Of a DNA stretch of 64,000 nt, positions 62,976 through 64,000 are shown one piece after another. A program made the position numbers and the translations under genes. The notes below the pieces were generated by a model. That model did no database searches. It was not told where the DNA came from and was given only the letters and a program-made list of their open reading frames with translations. Numbering within the stretch: position 1 is the stretch's first letter; each line of letters begins with the position of its first letter. Source of the stretch: Camelus ferus (taxonomy: Eukaryota); assembly GCF_009834535.1 (NCBI RefSeq), contig NC_045697.1, forward strand, positions 68,202,001-68,266,000, written 5' to 3'.

Positions 62976-64000
62976 CTTTTTAGAATTTTTTATTGAGGTA
63001 TAATGGACCTATAGCATTACGTTAGCTTCAAGTATACAACATAATAATTCAGTATTTGTATACATTGTGCAGTGATCACCAAAATAATTCTAGTTAACAT
63101 TTATCATCATACATAGTTACAGAAAAATTTTGTTTCCTAGTAATGAAAAATTTTAGATTTATTTTCAAATATGCAATGCCATATTATTAACTATAGTCAC
63201 TCTGCTGTACAGTACATCCTCAGGACTTGTTTATTTTATAACTGGAAATTTTTATCTTTTGACTCCCTTCACCCATTTTGTGCACCCTTACCCCTGCCTC
63301 AGGCAACCACCAATGTGTTCTCTGTTTCTATGAGCTTGGTTTTGTTTTGTTTTGTCTTTTTTTTTTGTTTTTTCGATTCCACATATAAGTGTAACCATAC
63401 AATATTTGTCTTTTGCTGTCTCACTTACTTGACTTAGCATAATGCCCTGAAGGTCCATCCATTTTATTATAAATGGCACGATTTTGTTCTTTTTTAAGTT
63501 GAGTAGTATTCCATTTTGTGTGTGTGTGTATCACATTTTCTTTATCTACTTTATTCATCCAGCAATGAATACTTAACATTGTTTCCATATCTTGGTTAAT
63601 TGTAAATTATGCTGCAGTGAATATGGGGGTGCATATATCTTTTTGAGTTAATATTTTCTTTTTCTTTGGGTAGGTACCTAGAAGTGAATTTACTAGTTCT
63701 ATTTTTAAATTTTTTTGAAGAACCTCCATATTGTTTTCCACAGTGGCTGCACCAATTTACATTCCCACCAACAGTACAAAAGGTGTCTGTTTTCTCCACA
63801 TCCTTGCCAACACTTGTTATTTCTTGTCATTCCCATTTACAGTTTTATCAAAAAGAATAAAATACCTAGGAATATATTTAAGCGAGGAGGGAAAAGATCG
63901 CTACATTGAAGACTATAAGACATTGATGAAAGAAATTGAAGAAGAGACAAATAAATGGAAAGACTTTTCATGCTTGTAGATTGGAAGACTTAATATTGTT
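62975..64000 (-). mobile_element. L1MA-type 3' end with an inverted ORF2 segment (63831-64000 on +)
   Basis: Antisense 3' UTR/ORF2 end ([12 protein letters not shown]) switches abruptly to sense [10 protein letters not shown]...[17 protein letters not shown]. Confidence 0.9.

Overview
AT-rich, repeat-dense mammalian DNA with no intact protein-coding gene that I can support; it looks intergenic or deep-intronic. A vic-1-like tRNA-Ala-derived SINE points to a camelid genome (camel/alpaca; inference). Much of the window is retroelement or DNA-transposon debris: L1s of several ages, L2, MIR, MaLR/ERVL/ERV1 LTRs and hAT MITEs. The listed ORFs are best explained as repeat-derived or chance. The one gene-derived feature is a decayed, intronless minus-strand retrocopy of SMTNL2 (~33.5-34.4 kb). 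It has lost its start codon and apparently the whole calponin-homology domain, yet it remains the only CpG island in the window and has splice signals at its 5' edge. Structurally notable: (i) a TSD-bounded L1 (49725-56412) carrying a ~2.1 kb captured genomic segment in its 3' UTR; (ii) an L1 whose 5' terminus is inverted; (iii) two same-family LTR pieces forming an inverted repeat. I do not see a new multi-gene biological system. Repeat family names come from recalled consensus sequences, and most boundaries are approximate.
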